Assembly: GCA_904419495.1 (NCBI GenBank)
Contig: CAJFRV010000001.1
Location: 1-32,000, forward strand
DNA length: 32,000 bases
Origin: an uncultured Clostridia bacterium
GTDB lineage: Bacteria; Bacillota; Clostridia; TANB77; CAG-508
Reading direction: 5' to 3'
The notes under the pieces are model-generated. The model was not told where the DNA came from. It did no database searches and was given only the letters and a program-made list of their open reading frames with translations. This document shows positions 23,440-32,000 of the stretch, piece after piece; within the stretch, counting starts at the first letter, position 1; each line of letters starts with the position of its first letter. A program made the translations under genes and the position numbers.

Positions 23440-25839
23440 TTATTTTTTCTCCTTTTATAATTTCATATTCATCATTTGAACATTCTATTTTTGTTAGTAT
23501 GTGATCTTCTCCAACAAACATTAAACATTCTCCTCTTTTTAAAGATTTTATTTCTATTTTTTCTTTTTCTGATAAATTAGCATATTCTGATAATACTTTT
23601 ATATTTTCTTCTTCTAATGCAAAAAATGTTTTTATACTAGAATTATTTAATATACTTTTTCCATAAATTCCTTCTTCTAAACTAAATAAATCTGAAATGT
23701 CTTGTGTGATCGCAACACTACTTCCACCATATTTTCTAATTGTTTTAAATATTTTATATATAAAACTTGCTACATTTTTATTTGAAGTGACCCCTATTAG
23801 TCTCCATATTTCGTCTAAATAAATTGCTTTTTTTTCTTTTCTATTTTCTTTGATTTTATCCCAAAAAATATCGGTAAATAAATACATACCATATTTTAAA
23901 TTTTCTTCTCCTAATTCATATATATCTGCAATAATTAATTCATTTTTTAATTCTATATTTGTATAATGATTAAAAAATTTCATAGATCCCTTCACAAATG
24001 GTATTAACTTTATGGCAAATTTTTCTGTTTTTTTATCTTTTTTTAAATTATTGTATAAATCTTCTAATATAGGCATATCTTTTTTATTTTTAAAAATTAT
24101 TTTTTTATTTTCTTTTTTATATAAAGATTTATCATCAAAATTAATATTTTTATTTTTATAAGTTTCAATTAATTTTTCTTCTATTAATGCTTTTTCTTCT
24201 TCATTTAATTCTCCAAAAATTAAATTAAAAAATCCAATTAATTTTCCTATCTTAGTTGCTAAATATCCATTTTCTCCATCTTCTATACTTTCTTTTCTGA
24301 TTTCTAAGATATTAATATACGTATTAGAATTGGGTCCAATAATAATTCTAGTTCCTTTTAACTTTTCATTTACACTTACATACTCTCTTTCTGGATCAAT
24401 AATATATTGTTTTATACCCATTAATCTATATCGTAAAATTAATAATTTTGTATAAAAAGATTTTCCTGCACCACTTGTCCCAAAAATACATATATTAGCA
24501 TTTTTATATTTTTGTGTATCATATCTATCTATAAATACTAGGGAATTATTATATATATTTGTTCCAATAAAAATGCCTTCTTGATCGAAAATAGTTGAAG
24601 AAATAAATGGGTATGTTGCCACCAAACTAGAAGTCAATATATTTCTTTTTGCTACATTTTTTATAATTTTATGATTTTTCATAATTGGCAAACAACTTTC
24701 AAATATTTCTTCTTGTCTAAAATTTGCTCTTCTTGTTTGCAAACCTTTACTTTGTGAAATGCCTTCTATTTTACTTAATACATATTCTAGTTCCTTAATG
24801 TCCTGTGCATATACTAATAAATAGATATACAAATAATAGATTTCTTCATTGTTGACTTGGATCTCTTTTCTTATATACTTTGCATCTCCATAAATAGAAG
24901 TAGCAATATCAATATCTTGTCTATTTTCATGATTATTTTTTACTTCTACTCCTACATTTCCAATATGATATGTTAATTCTTTTATAACTCTGTAAGAATC
25001 TTGTTTTTCATAAAAAATCGATATGTTTACATTAATGTTACTTTCTATAATACTTTTTAATATAATATCTGTTTGTTCTCTATAATAATCTACAATTATA
25101 ATTCCTGAATAATACATATTATCAATTTCTATATATTGAGGATTTTGAAAATTAATATACGCAGGAGAAATTTTATCTTTTTCAAATATTGTTCCTTCTA
25201 AAATTTTTAATTTTTTTTCGTTATTTTTTTTATTCCAAATTTTTTTTAATTCTATTTTTATTCCTCCTTATAACTATAATTTTTATTAAAATGTTTTTTT
25301 GTATTTAAGAATGAAAAAAATATTTTTAATATTTCTTGTTTTTCATCAATTACATTTACTTTATTTCCACAACGTGATAAACATTCTTTTATTTTTAAAT
25401 ATTTTTCATTTAATTCTTGAATAATGATTTCTATATTTTTTTCTTTTTTATTTATTGGATAATTTTTTATTATGATATAAAATTTTTTTGAAGATGATTT
25501 TTTATTATTATTTAAATTTGAAATATATTGAATATAATTTTCAGATAATTCTTTTAAGAATTTATTTTCTTTTTTTAAAATATTTTTTTTTATTTTTGAA
25601 ATATGATGACTTAAATCTTCTTTATTACTTTGAATTAAAATTTGCATATCAAATTGACATGTTTTAAAAAAAATCTTATATGAATTTAAAATGGATTCTT
25701 TTTCTAACTCAGATTTTAAATTATAATTTATTGGAGTAACTTCCAATATTTTTATATATGTATTTTCTTTTGTTTCAATAATACCATCTTGATAGATATG
25801 ATTAACGGGTATCCATTCTTGGACAGTCTGATTATTAAT
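23432..25839 (-). pseudogene. VirB4-family T4SS ATPase, interrupted (two reading frames; no canonical start)
   Basis: The N-terminal frame reads ..INNQTVQEWIPVNHIYQDGIIETKENTYIKILEVTPINYNLKSELEKESIL.. (to the stop at 25258). The C-terminal frame is open from 25267 and reads ..ISPAYINFQNPQYIEIDNMYYSGIIIVDYY.., Walker A GTSGAGKSFY, and Walker B-like AIYLDEIWRL. The two frames overlap by only 10 nt. The combined length of about 800 aa matches VirB4. Confidence 0.8.
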
Positions 25840-25863
25840 TTTTTACCACTCTCCTTTGAAAGC

Positions 25864-25892
25864 ATTTTACAGTCATTTCTTATTTTTGTCAA
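25864..25892 (-). promoter_or_regulatory. Near-consensus sigma-A promoter directly upstream of the VirB4-like gene
   Basis: The minus strand reads TTGACA (25892-25887), a 17-nt spacer, then TAAAAT (25869-25864). AAGGAG (25856-25851) follows downstream. Confidence 0.55.
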
Positions 25893-26587
25893 GAAAAAAT
25901 CATCGACATAATTCGACTTCTATTATGTAAGTTTTTAAATATACTTATTTTTTATTGTTATTAATTCTACTTTTTATTTTATTATTTATTATTTTATTAA
26001 TTTATTTTTATATTTTAAATTAATTATTTTTTATTTCATTAATTTTATTTATTTTATATTTAATTATTTACTTTTATTAATTAATTATTTTTTTATTGAT
26101 TATATAAAATATTTATTTTTATATATTTTATTTTTAATTATTTGCTTTATATTTTTCTGAATATTTTTTTCATTTTTGAACATAATAAAAATGTAAGGTT
26201 AATAATAGTTAAACGAAGAGTAATAATAGATTTTATTGTTTATTATTATTCGAGCAAAGATGTATTATGGTGTTTTTAATATTATAATATGTCGGTGACG
26301 TGAATATATTACTTGTTTGTATGCTACCGTTTTTTTCTTTTATTTTTAAATGATTATATAGATTGTGGTAAAATAATATGTAATATATTTTAGTTAAGAT
26401 TATTCTTATATCTTTTAGTGATTATTAGTAGTCCTTTTTAAGGATGAATTTAGTTATTAATGGTGTATTAATAGTTGAGTGAAGAATGAATTTATGTGGT
26501 TGATAGTTTATGTATATAGTAATATATACTAGATTTTAAAATTATATATATTTGTTTTAACTGCGATTATTATTAGCTTTACTGATT

Positions 26588-26620
26588 AAAGAGGATTTCC
26601 TTTCTCAGGAAATCCTCTTT
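26588..26620 (-). terminator. Rho-independent terminator downstream of gyrB
   Basis: Perfect 13-bp stem AAAGAGGATTTCC (26588-26600) / GGAAATCCTCTTT (26608-26620) with a 7-nt loop, 44 nt after the gyrB stop. Confidence 0.85.
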
Positions 26621-26663
26621 AAATTATATCTCTCTTTTAATTTTTTTACCCTCATCTTTAATT

Positions 26664-28592
26664 TTATATATCTAAGTTTTTTACATATTTCGCATTTTGT
26701 TGAATAAATTCTCTTCTAGGTTCTACTTCATCTCCCATTAACAATGTAAATATTTCATCTGCTTTTATAGCATCATCCATTGTTACTTTGATTAAAATTC
26801 TTGTATCTGGATTCATAGTTGTATCCCATAATTGTTCTGGGTTCATTTCTCCTAAACCTTTATATCTTTGTAAAGATAAAGAATCTCTTGTAATTCCTTT
26901 TTCCTCCAATTCTTTATATGCTTTTTCTAAATCATCATCTGTATAGCAATATTTATCTTCCATTCCTTTTTTTGATAATTTGTATAGTGGTGGTTGTGCC
27001 AAATATACATTTCCATTTTCAATTAAAGGTCTCATATATCTAAAGAAAAATGTTAATAATAATGTTCTAATATGTGCACCATCTACATCAGCATCAGCCA
27101 TAATAATAACTTTTCCATATCGAATTTTTGTAATATCAAAATCAGCTCCAATACCTGCCCCAATTGCTACTATTACAGGATTTAATTTATCATTTCCATA
27201 TATTTTATCAGCTCTTGCTTTTTCTACATTTAACATTTTTCCCCATAAAGGTAAAATTGCTTGGAATTTTCTATCTCTTCCTTGTTTTGCACTACCTCCA
27301 GCAGAATCTCCCTCAACAATATATACCTCACATTCATCTGCATTTTTACTACTACAATCTGCAAGTTTTCCCGGTAATGTAGATGTTTCTAAATTACTTT
27401 TCTTTCTTACTAATTCTCTTGCTTTTCTAGCTGCCTCTCTTGCTCTTGATGCACTAATACATTTTTCTAATATAGCTTTTGCAACAGATGGATTTTCTTC
27501 TAAAAAGGTAGCTAATGCTTCATTTACCATACTTTGTACTACACCCGTAACTTCGCTATTCCCTAGTTTTGTCTTAGTTTGTCCCTCAAATTGTGGTTCT
27601 TTTACTTTAACTGATACAACTGCTGTTATTCCTTCTCTAATATCTTCCCCTTGTAAATTTGAATCTTTTTCTTTTAAAATGTTATGACTTCTTGCATAAT
27701 CATTCATAACTTTTGTCAAAGCTCTTTTGAATCCTTCTAAATGTGTTCCACCTTCAATTGTATTAATGTTATTAACAAATGTATATATATTTTCAGAATA
27801 ACTTGAAGTATATTGAATAGCAATTTCAACTGGTACTTCCCCGTTTTTTTCTATATAAATTGGTGTTTTATGTAACTTTTCTTTATTTTTATTTAAATAT
27901 TCTACAAAAGATATTAATCCACCTTCATAACAAAATTCAGATTTTTTTGGTGTTTCTTCTCTTTGATCTTCTATAGTGATTTTTAATCCTTTTGTTAAGA
28001 ATGCAATTTCTCTAAATCTTTTTTCTAAAACTTCAAACTCATAATTTAAACTTTCAAAAATAGTATCATCTGCTAAAAATCTTACTTTTGTTCCTGTACC
28101 TTCTGCATCCCCAAGTCTTTCTAATTTTTTTACTGTTTTCCCTTTTTCAAAAGACATTTGGTAAAGTCCACCATCTCTTTTAATAGTAACTTCAGCCCAA
28201 GTAGATAATGCGTTTACTACAGAAGCACCAACACCATGTAATCCTCCTGATACTTTATATCCACTATCTCCACCAAATTTTCCTCCAGCATGTAAAACTG
28301 TATATACAGTTTCTGCTGTTGATATATGTGTCTTTGGATGTATTTCTACTGGTATTCCTCTACCATTATCTGTTACGCAAATAATATTTCCTTTTTCTAT
28401 AATAACATTAATTTCTGTACAATATCCAGCTAAAGCCTCATCTACACCATTATCTACTATTTCATATACTAAATGATGAAGTCCTCTAATAGATGTACTT
28501 CCAATATACATTCCCGGTCTTTTTCTTACGGCTTCTAGCCCTTCCAATACTTGTATTTGTTCTGCTCCATATTTATGATTATATTTTTCCAT
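26664..28592 (-). CDS. gyrB: DNA gyrase subunit B
   Basis: 642 aa with [26 protein letters not shown], a GHKL ATPase domain, the Toprim motifs [15 protein letters not shown] and [12 protein letters not shown], and the C-terminal tail. Confidence 0.97.
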   Translation of the reverse strand: MEKYNHKYGAEQIQVLEGLEAVRKRPGMYIGSTSIRGLHHLVYEIVDNGVDEALAGYCTEINVIIEKGNIICVTDNGRGIPVEIHPKTHISTAETVYTVLHAGGKFGGDSGYKVSGGLHGVGASVVNALSTWAEVTIKRDGGLYQMSFEKGKTVKKLERLGDAEGTGTKVRFLADDTIFESLNYEFEVLEKRFREIAFLTKGLKITIEDQREETPKKSEFCYEGGLISFVEYLNKNKEKLHKTPIYIEKNGEVPVEIAIQYTSSYSENIYTFVNNINTIEGGTHLEGFKRALTKVMNDYARSHNILKEKDSNLQGEDIREGITAVVSVKVKEPQFEGQTKTKLGNSEVTGVVQSMVNEALATFLEENPSVAKAILEKCISASRAREAARKARELVRKKSNLETSTLPGKLADCSSKNADECEVYIVEGDSAGGSAKQGRDRKFQAILPLWGKMLNVEKARADKIYGNDKLNPVIVAIGAGIGADFDITKIRYGKVIIMADADVDGAHIRTLLLTFFFRYMRPLIENGNVYLAQPPLYKLSKKGMEDKYCYTDDDLEKAYKELEEKGITRDSLSLQRYKGLGEMNPEQLWDTTMNPDTRILIKVTMDDAIKADEIFTLLMGDEVEPRREFIQQNAKYVKNLDI

Positions 28593-28604
28593 TTGTGTCT
28601 CCTC

Positions 28605-29699
28605 CTAAAACTCTTGATTTTCTTTTATCACTTTTCCGTCCCTAACATTATATATTAAAATATTTTTATTTTCAAGTTCTATTTTATCAGTACAAGTGAT
28701 AATTACTTGGATATTCTCAATTTTTTCTAATAGATGTTTTCTTCTTTTTTCATCTAATTCTGACATAAAATCATCTAATAATAATATAGGATATTCTCCA
28801 ATTTCATCATATATAATTTCTAATTCAGCCATCTTTAAAGATAGAATTGCTGTTCTATGTTGACCTTGAGAGCCATATATCCCTAGTTCTTTATCATTTA
28901 TATAAATAGTAAAATCATCTCTGTGAATTCCTTTTGTTGTATATCCTTTTATAATATCAAGTTTTCTTCTTTCTTTTAAAATTCTCTTGTACTTTTCTTT
29001 ATTTTCACAATCAGTTTGATATACAATTTTAATTTCTTCTTTATTATCTGTTACTTGATTATGTATTTTTATAATTTTTTCTTGTATTTTTTCTATAAAT
29101 TCTTTTCTATAACTATATATCTTCTCAGCATATTCTATTAATTTTTCATCCCATATTTCTAGTAATTCTTCACTTTTATTTTCTTCTCGAATTTGTCTTA
29201 AATAATGATTTCTTTCTTCTATGGTTTTTAAATATAAATTTAAATTGTACATATAATTTGGTTTTAACTGACTTATCATAATATCTAAAAAGCGTCTTCT
29301 ATTTTGTGGACCACCTTTCAAAATATGAATATCATCTGGTGTAAAAATAACAACATTTATACTTCCCAATAATTCACTTAATTTTTTTAATTTAATTCCA
29401 TTAAAATAAATATTCTTCTTATTACCTATATCTATTTTTATTTTTCCACATCGATCAGATTTTTCATAAAAAACTTCAATAGTAGCACTTTCTTTTTCTA
29501 GCTGAATCATCTCCGTATCTTTTTTGGCTCGGAAAGATTTTCCCATACTACATAAAAAAATTGCTTCTATAATATTAGTTTTTCCTTGTGCATTTTCACC
29601 ATAAAATATATTTAAATTTTTATCTAATTCTATTATTTCTTTTTGATAATTCCTGAAATTATTTAAAATTATTTTATTTATCCACATATTTTTCTCCAT
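28605..29699 (-). CDS. recF: DNA replication and repair protein RecF (start more likely the Met at 29687)
   Basis: NFRNY...FYGENAQGKTNIIEAI (Walker A) and ILLLDDFMSELD (Walker B). GGAGAAAAAT precedes the second ATG (MWINKI...). The stop lies 12 nt before the gyrB start. Confidence 0.93.
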   Translation of the reverse strand: MEKNMWINKIILNNFRNYQKEIIELDKNLNIFYGENAQGKTNIIEAIFLCSMGKSFRAKKDTEMIQLEKESATIEVFYEKSDRCGKIKIDIGNKKNIYFNGIKLKKLSELLGSINVVIFTPDDIHILKGGPQNRRRFLDIMISQLKPNYMYNLNLYLKTIEERNHYLRQIREENKSEELLEIWDEKLIEYAEKIYSYRKEFIEKIQEKIIKIHNQVTDNKEEIKIVYQTDCENKEKYKRILKERRKLDIIKGYTTKGIHRDDFTIYINDKELGIYGSQGQHRTAILSLKMAELEIIYDEIGEYPILLLDDFMSELDEKRRKHLLEKIENIQVIITCTDKIELENKNILIYNVRDGKVIKENQEF

Positions 29700-29780
29700 T
29701 TGTGTATAACTTATTTTTTATTTTTATTATTTTTTTTACTATTTTTTTATTTATTTTTTAATGACAAATTATATGAATCA

Positions 29781-29900
29781 AAAATAAAATTGGCTTATTT
29801 TTGATTTTCAAGCTTCATTTTTTTTATTTTATTTTTTTTATTAATCGATAAATTACATTACTAAAAAATTAAATCGGCTTATTTTTGATTTTCAAGCTTT
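29781..29900. repeat. Two copies of a ~35-bp dispersed repeat (third copy at 21151-21185)
   Basis: AAAATAAAATTGGCTTATTTTTGATTTTCAAGCTT at 29781-29815. The core GGCTTATTTTTGATTTTCAAGCTT recurs at 29876-29899. A near-identical AAAATAAAATTGCTTTATTTTTGATTTTCATGCC sits at 21151-21185. Confidence 0.7.
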
Positions 29901-30374
29901 GTTTTTTTTTATTAATTTATAAAAATTGATTTTTTTATATTTATAAATTAAATTTTTTTATTATTTTATTTTTTATTTTATAAAAATTTTGTATTTTTTT
30001 ATATTATTTTTTATTATTTATATTTATAAATATTTTTATTTTTTTCTTTTTTAATATTCTATTATTTATTATAAAATATTATTTTTATCTTTTTTTATTT
30101 TTTTTATAAAATTTTTTATTTTAATATTTTTTTATTTTTTCTTTTTTTAAAATTTTGTTTTTCTCTTTTTTTCTAATTTATTCTAATTTTTACTAATTTA
30201 TTCTATTTTTTTCATTTAATTTATTTTTCTTATTTTGTGTTTTTTTCATTTTTTTTCATTTTCTATTTTTATCTTTTTTTATCTTTTTTTTTCTAATTTA
30301 TTCTAATTTATATAAATTTGATTTTTTTGTATTCTTTTTTTATATTTAAAGTTTATATGTTTATTTTTTAAACT

Positions 30375-30406
30375 TTATCCACAATCTTTTCATAAAAAGT
30401 GGATAA
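30375..30406. promoter_or_regulatory. Inverted pair of DnaA boxes just downstream of dnaN
   Basis: TTATCCACA (30375-30383) is a perfect consensus. AGTGGATAA (30398-30406) is an 8/9 match in the opposite orientation. Confidence 0.6.
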
Positions 30407-30442
30407 CTATATAAAAGATTAAAGGTAGAAATACTTCCACCT

Positions 30443-31561
30443 TTAATCTTCTTTTAATCTAATTGGTAAAATCATATATACATAATCATTATTTTCCACT
30501 GATTTTATTAAACATGGAGATATACTACTTCCAAATTCTATATAGACTTCTTCATCATCAATTGCCTTCAAACTATCTAAGAAATATTTTGGATTAAATC
30601 CCACTTCTAAATTTTTGCCTTCTGTTGATACATATAACTCTTCTTTGGCATCTCCTGTCTGATTTGTACATAAAATTGTTACTTTTCCTATATCAACCTG
30701 TACTTTTACAGGATATTTCTTCTCTTTTTCTACCGAAGATGAAGAAATTAAACTAATTCTTTCAAAACTATCTTGTATATTGTTTTTATTAACTTTTATT
30801 CTTGTTTCCCAATTATTTGGAATTACATTTTTATAATTTAAAAATTCACCATCTAAAATTCTAGTAACAATCTTACAATTATCCATTTCAAATAATGCTT
30901 GATTTTTAGAAACCCCTATCTTTATTGGCTCAAAAGAATCTGTAATAATTTTATTTAATTCTATTAAGGTTTTCCCCGGAATAACTGCATTAAAGTCATT
31001 ACTTTGTTTTGTTAAAAATACTTTTCTTAAAGCTAATCTAAAACCATCAACAGCTACTAAACTTAACTTGTTATTCTCTATTTCAAATAAACATCCGGTA
31101 AAAATAGGTCTACTTTCTTCTGTACTTGCTGCAAAAATGGTTCTTCTTATCATATTTTTCAATACATTTTGGTCAATTTCAATAGAATTTTCCACTTCTA
31201 TTTTTGGTAATTCTGGAAATTCTTCTGGATTCATTGTTGCTAATTTATATAAAGATCCTTCACATTCAATTTCTAATAAATTATTGGAATTTAAAGAAAT
31301 TTTTATTTCTGTATCTGGTAATTTTCTGATAATTTCACTAAACATAATAGCATTTACAACTGTACTTCCTTGTTCTAGTACTTCACATTCTATTACATAT
31401 TCAATTCCTATTTCTAAATCGTAGGTTGTTAATTTTATTTCATTGTCATTTGTTTGAATTAAGATTCCTTCTAGTATAGGCATTGTTGTTTTAGAAGCTA
31501 CACCTTTTACTACGGAATTTAAAGCTTTAATAAGTTTGTCTTTATAACAAACAATCTTCAT
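30443..31561 (-). CDS. dnaN: DNA polymerase III beta sliding clamp
   Basis: 372 aa. MKIVCYKDKLIKALNSVVKGVASKTTMPILEGILI... has the three-domain clamp length and pattern. GGAGGAA RBS. Confidence 0.95.
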   Translation of the reverse strand: MKIVCYKDKLIKALNSVVKGVASKTTMPILEGILIQTNDNEIKLTTYDLEIGIEYVIECEVLEQGSTVVNAIMFSEIIRKLPDTEIKISLNSNNLLEIECEGSLYKLATMNPEEFPELPKIEVENSIEIDQNVLKNMIRRTIFAASTEESRPIFTGCLFEIENNKLSLVAVDGFRLALRKVFLTKQSNDFNAVIPGKTLIELNKIITDSFEPIKIGVSKNQALFEMDNCKIVTRILDGEFLNYKNVIPNNWETRIKVNKNNIQDSFERISLISSSSVEKEKKYPVKVQVDIGKVTILCTNQTGDAKEELYVSTEGKNLEVGFNPKYFLDSLKAIDDEEVYIEFGSSISPCLIKSVENNDYVYMILPIRLKED

Positions 31562-31574
31562 GGCGATTCCTCCT

Positions 31575-31793
31575 TATTAATATATATAATATTTTTAGTA
31601 GTAATAGTATTAGGTATTGTGGAAACTGTGGAAAACTATGTTGATAGTTACAATCCCTAGTAAAATTACTGTTTATAATTTAGTGGAAAACTCATAAAAT
31701 AATCCACACCTTTTTGTTACAATTGTGTAAAAGTTACTTATAAACAGTTTATAAACAGATTTTAAACATTAAGATGTGGATAGTCTTTTAAGC
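31575..31793. promoter_or_regulatory. dnaA-dnaN intergenic oriC segment (DnaA-box cluster plus AT-rich stretch)
   Basis: DnaA-box-like 9-mers: TGTGGAAAC (31618), TGTGGAAAA (31627), AGTGGAAAA (31682), TAATCCACA (31700) and TGTGGATAG (31785). An AT-rich stretch at 31575-31615 lies adjacent to dnaN. Confidence 0.65.
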
Positions 31794-31883
31794 TGTTCCG
31801 TAAGAATAGAAAGATTTGCTTTTTGAGAACAAAAATTCTATCAAACACAAATTTCAAAAAATGATTTTCAATGTGCAATTTTC

Positions 31884-32000
31884 TTATTGTTTTCCATTTA
31901 TAATTATATTTTTCACACTATCCACAATTAGTTTTGTATTACTTTTTTCTTTTACTTCTTTTTCTATTTTTTTACAAGCGTGCATAACAGTTGAATGATC
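31884..32000 (-). CDS. dnaA: Chromosomal replication initiator DnaA, C-terminal 38 codons (partial at window edge)
   Basis: The minus-strand translation DHSTVMHACKKIEKEVKEKSNTKLIVDSVKNIIINGKQ-stop matches the conserved DnaA domain IV end (..DH[ST]TV.HA..KI...). Its position upstream of dnaN also fits. Confidence 0.8.
   Translation of the reverse strand, partial: DHSTVMHACKKIEKEVKEKSNTKLIVDSVKNIIINGKQ

Noticed and set aside
25250-25270. Programmed ribosomal frameshifting at the VirB4 junction (prfB-like, because of the SD-like AAGGAGG before a stop)
   Set aside because: The productive shift would be -1, not +1. The 10-nt window where both frames are open (GGAGGAATAA region) contains no slippery X XXY YYZ site. 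A mutation, sequencing error or gene fission is more likely.
25863-25865. ATG at 25865 (MLSKESGKK...) as the VirB4 start, which would require a second frameshift in the A6 run
   Set aside because: This ATG overlaps the -10 hexamer of the TTGACA-17-TAAAAT promoter and has no RBS. The AAGGAG lies inside this short frame and instead points to initiation just downstream in the VirB4 frame.
7227-25892. A single inversion between the PrgI-like gene end and the VirB4 promoter as the explanation for the split T4SS
   Set aside because: Undoing that inversion would put gyrA on the + strand, facing away from gyrB-recF-dnaN. That is less parsimonious than the present co-oriented gyrB...gyrA. At least two events or two separate elements are needed.
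31816-31998. 60-aa + strand ORF at the right edge
   Set aside because: It is antisense to the clear DnaA C-terminus (…DHSTVMHACKKIEKEV…) on the minus strand.

Overview
This is the chromosomal replication-origin region of a very AT-rich, Firmicutes/Clostridia-like bacterium (the taxon is a guess from gene order and protein look). The minus strand carries the canonical dnaA (3' end)-dnaN-recF-gyrB block (32000 down to 26664) with DnaA-box clusters. gyrA (11804-9348) is cut off from gyrB by about 14.8 kb of accessory DNA.

The insertion contains:
(1) A complete diversity-generating retroelement (DGR). It has a 459-aa target gene with a C-terminal FGE/C-type-lectin-like variable repeat (VR, 15181-15310), a small MutS-domain-I-like ORF, Avd, a DGR-type reverse transcriptase, and the template repeat (TR, 12840-12969). 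All 22 TR/VR mismatches sit on TR adenines of the coding strand (hand alignment).
(2) An XRE regulator and several unknown genes.
(3) A 4.1 kb ORF-free, extremely AT-rich tract built from about six degenerate tandem units of roughly 590-710 bp.
(4) A Lys/Asn/Ile-dominated ORF translationally coupled to a disrupted VirB4-like ATPase.

Left of gyrA lie an IS3-family end, an SDR oxidoreductase, a GT39-like membrane glycosyltransferase, tRNA-Lys/Glu/Thr and a DUF1858-like gene. There is also a second type IV secretion fragment (coupling protein plus VirB2-, VirB6- and VirB3/PrgI-like genes) and a DnaD/DnaI-like replication pair.

The best candidate for a new system is the DGR cassette with its MutS-like accessory ORF and membrane-anchored target, sitting in a decaying conjugative island inside the gyrB-gyrA junction. 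The repeat-structured AT-rich tract is the strangest unexplained sequence.

All calls come from reading the sequence and ORF translations by eye. No searches, folding or statistics were run.
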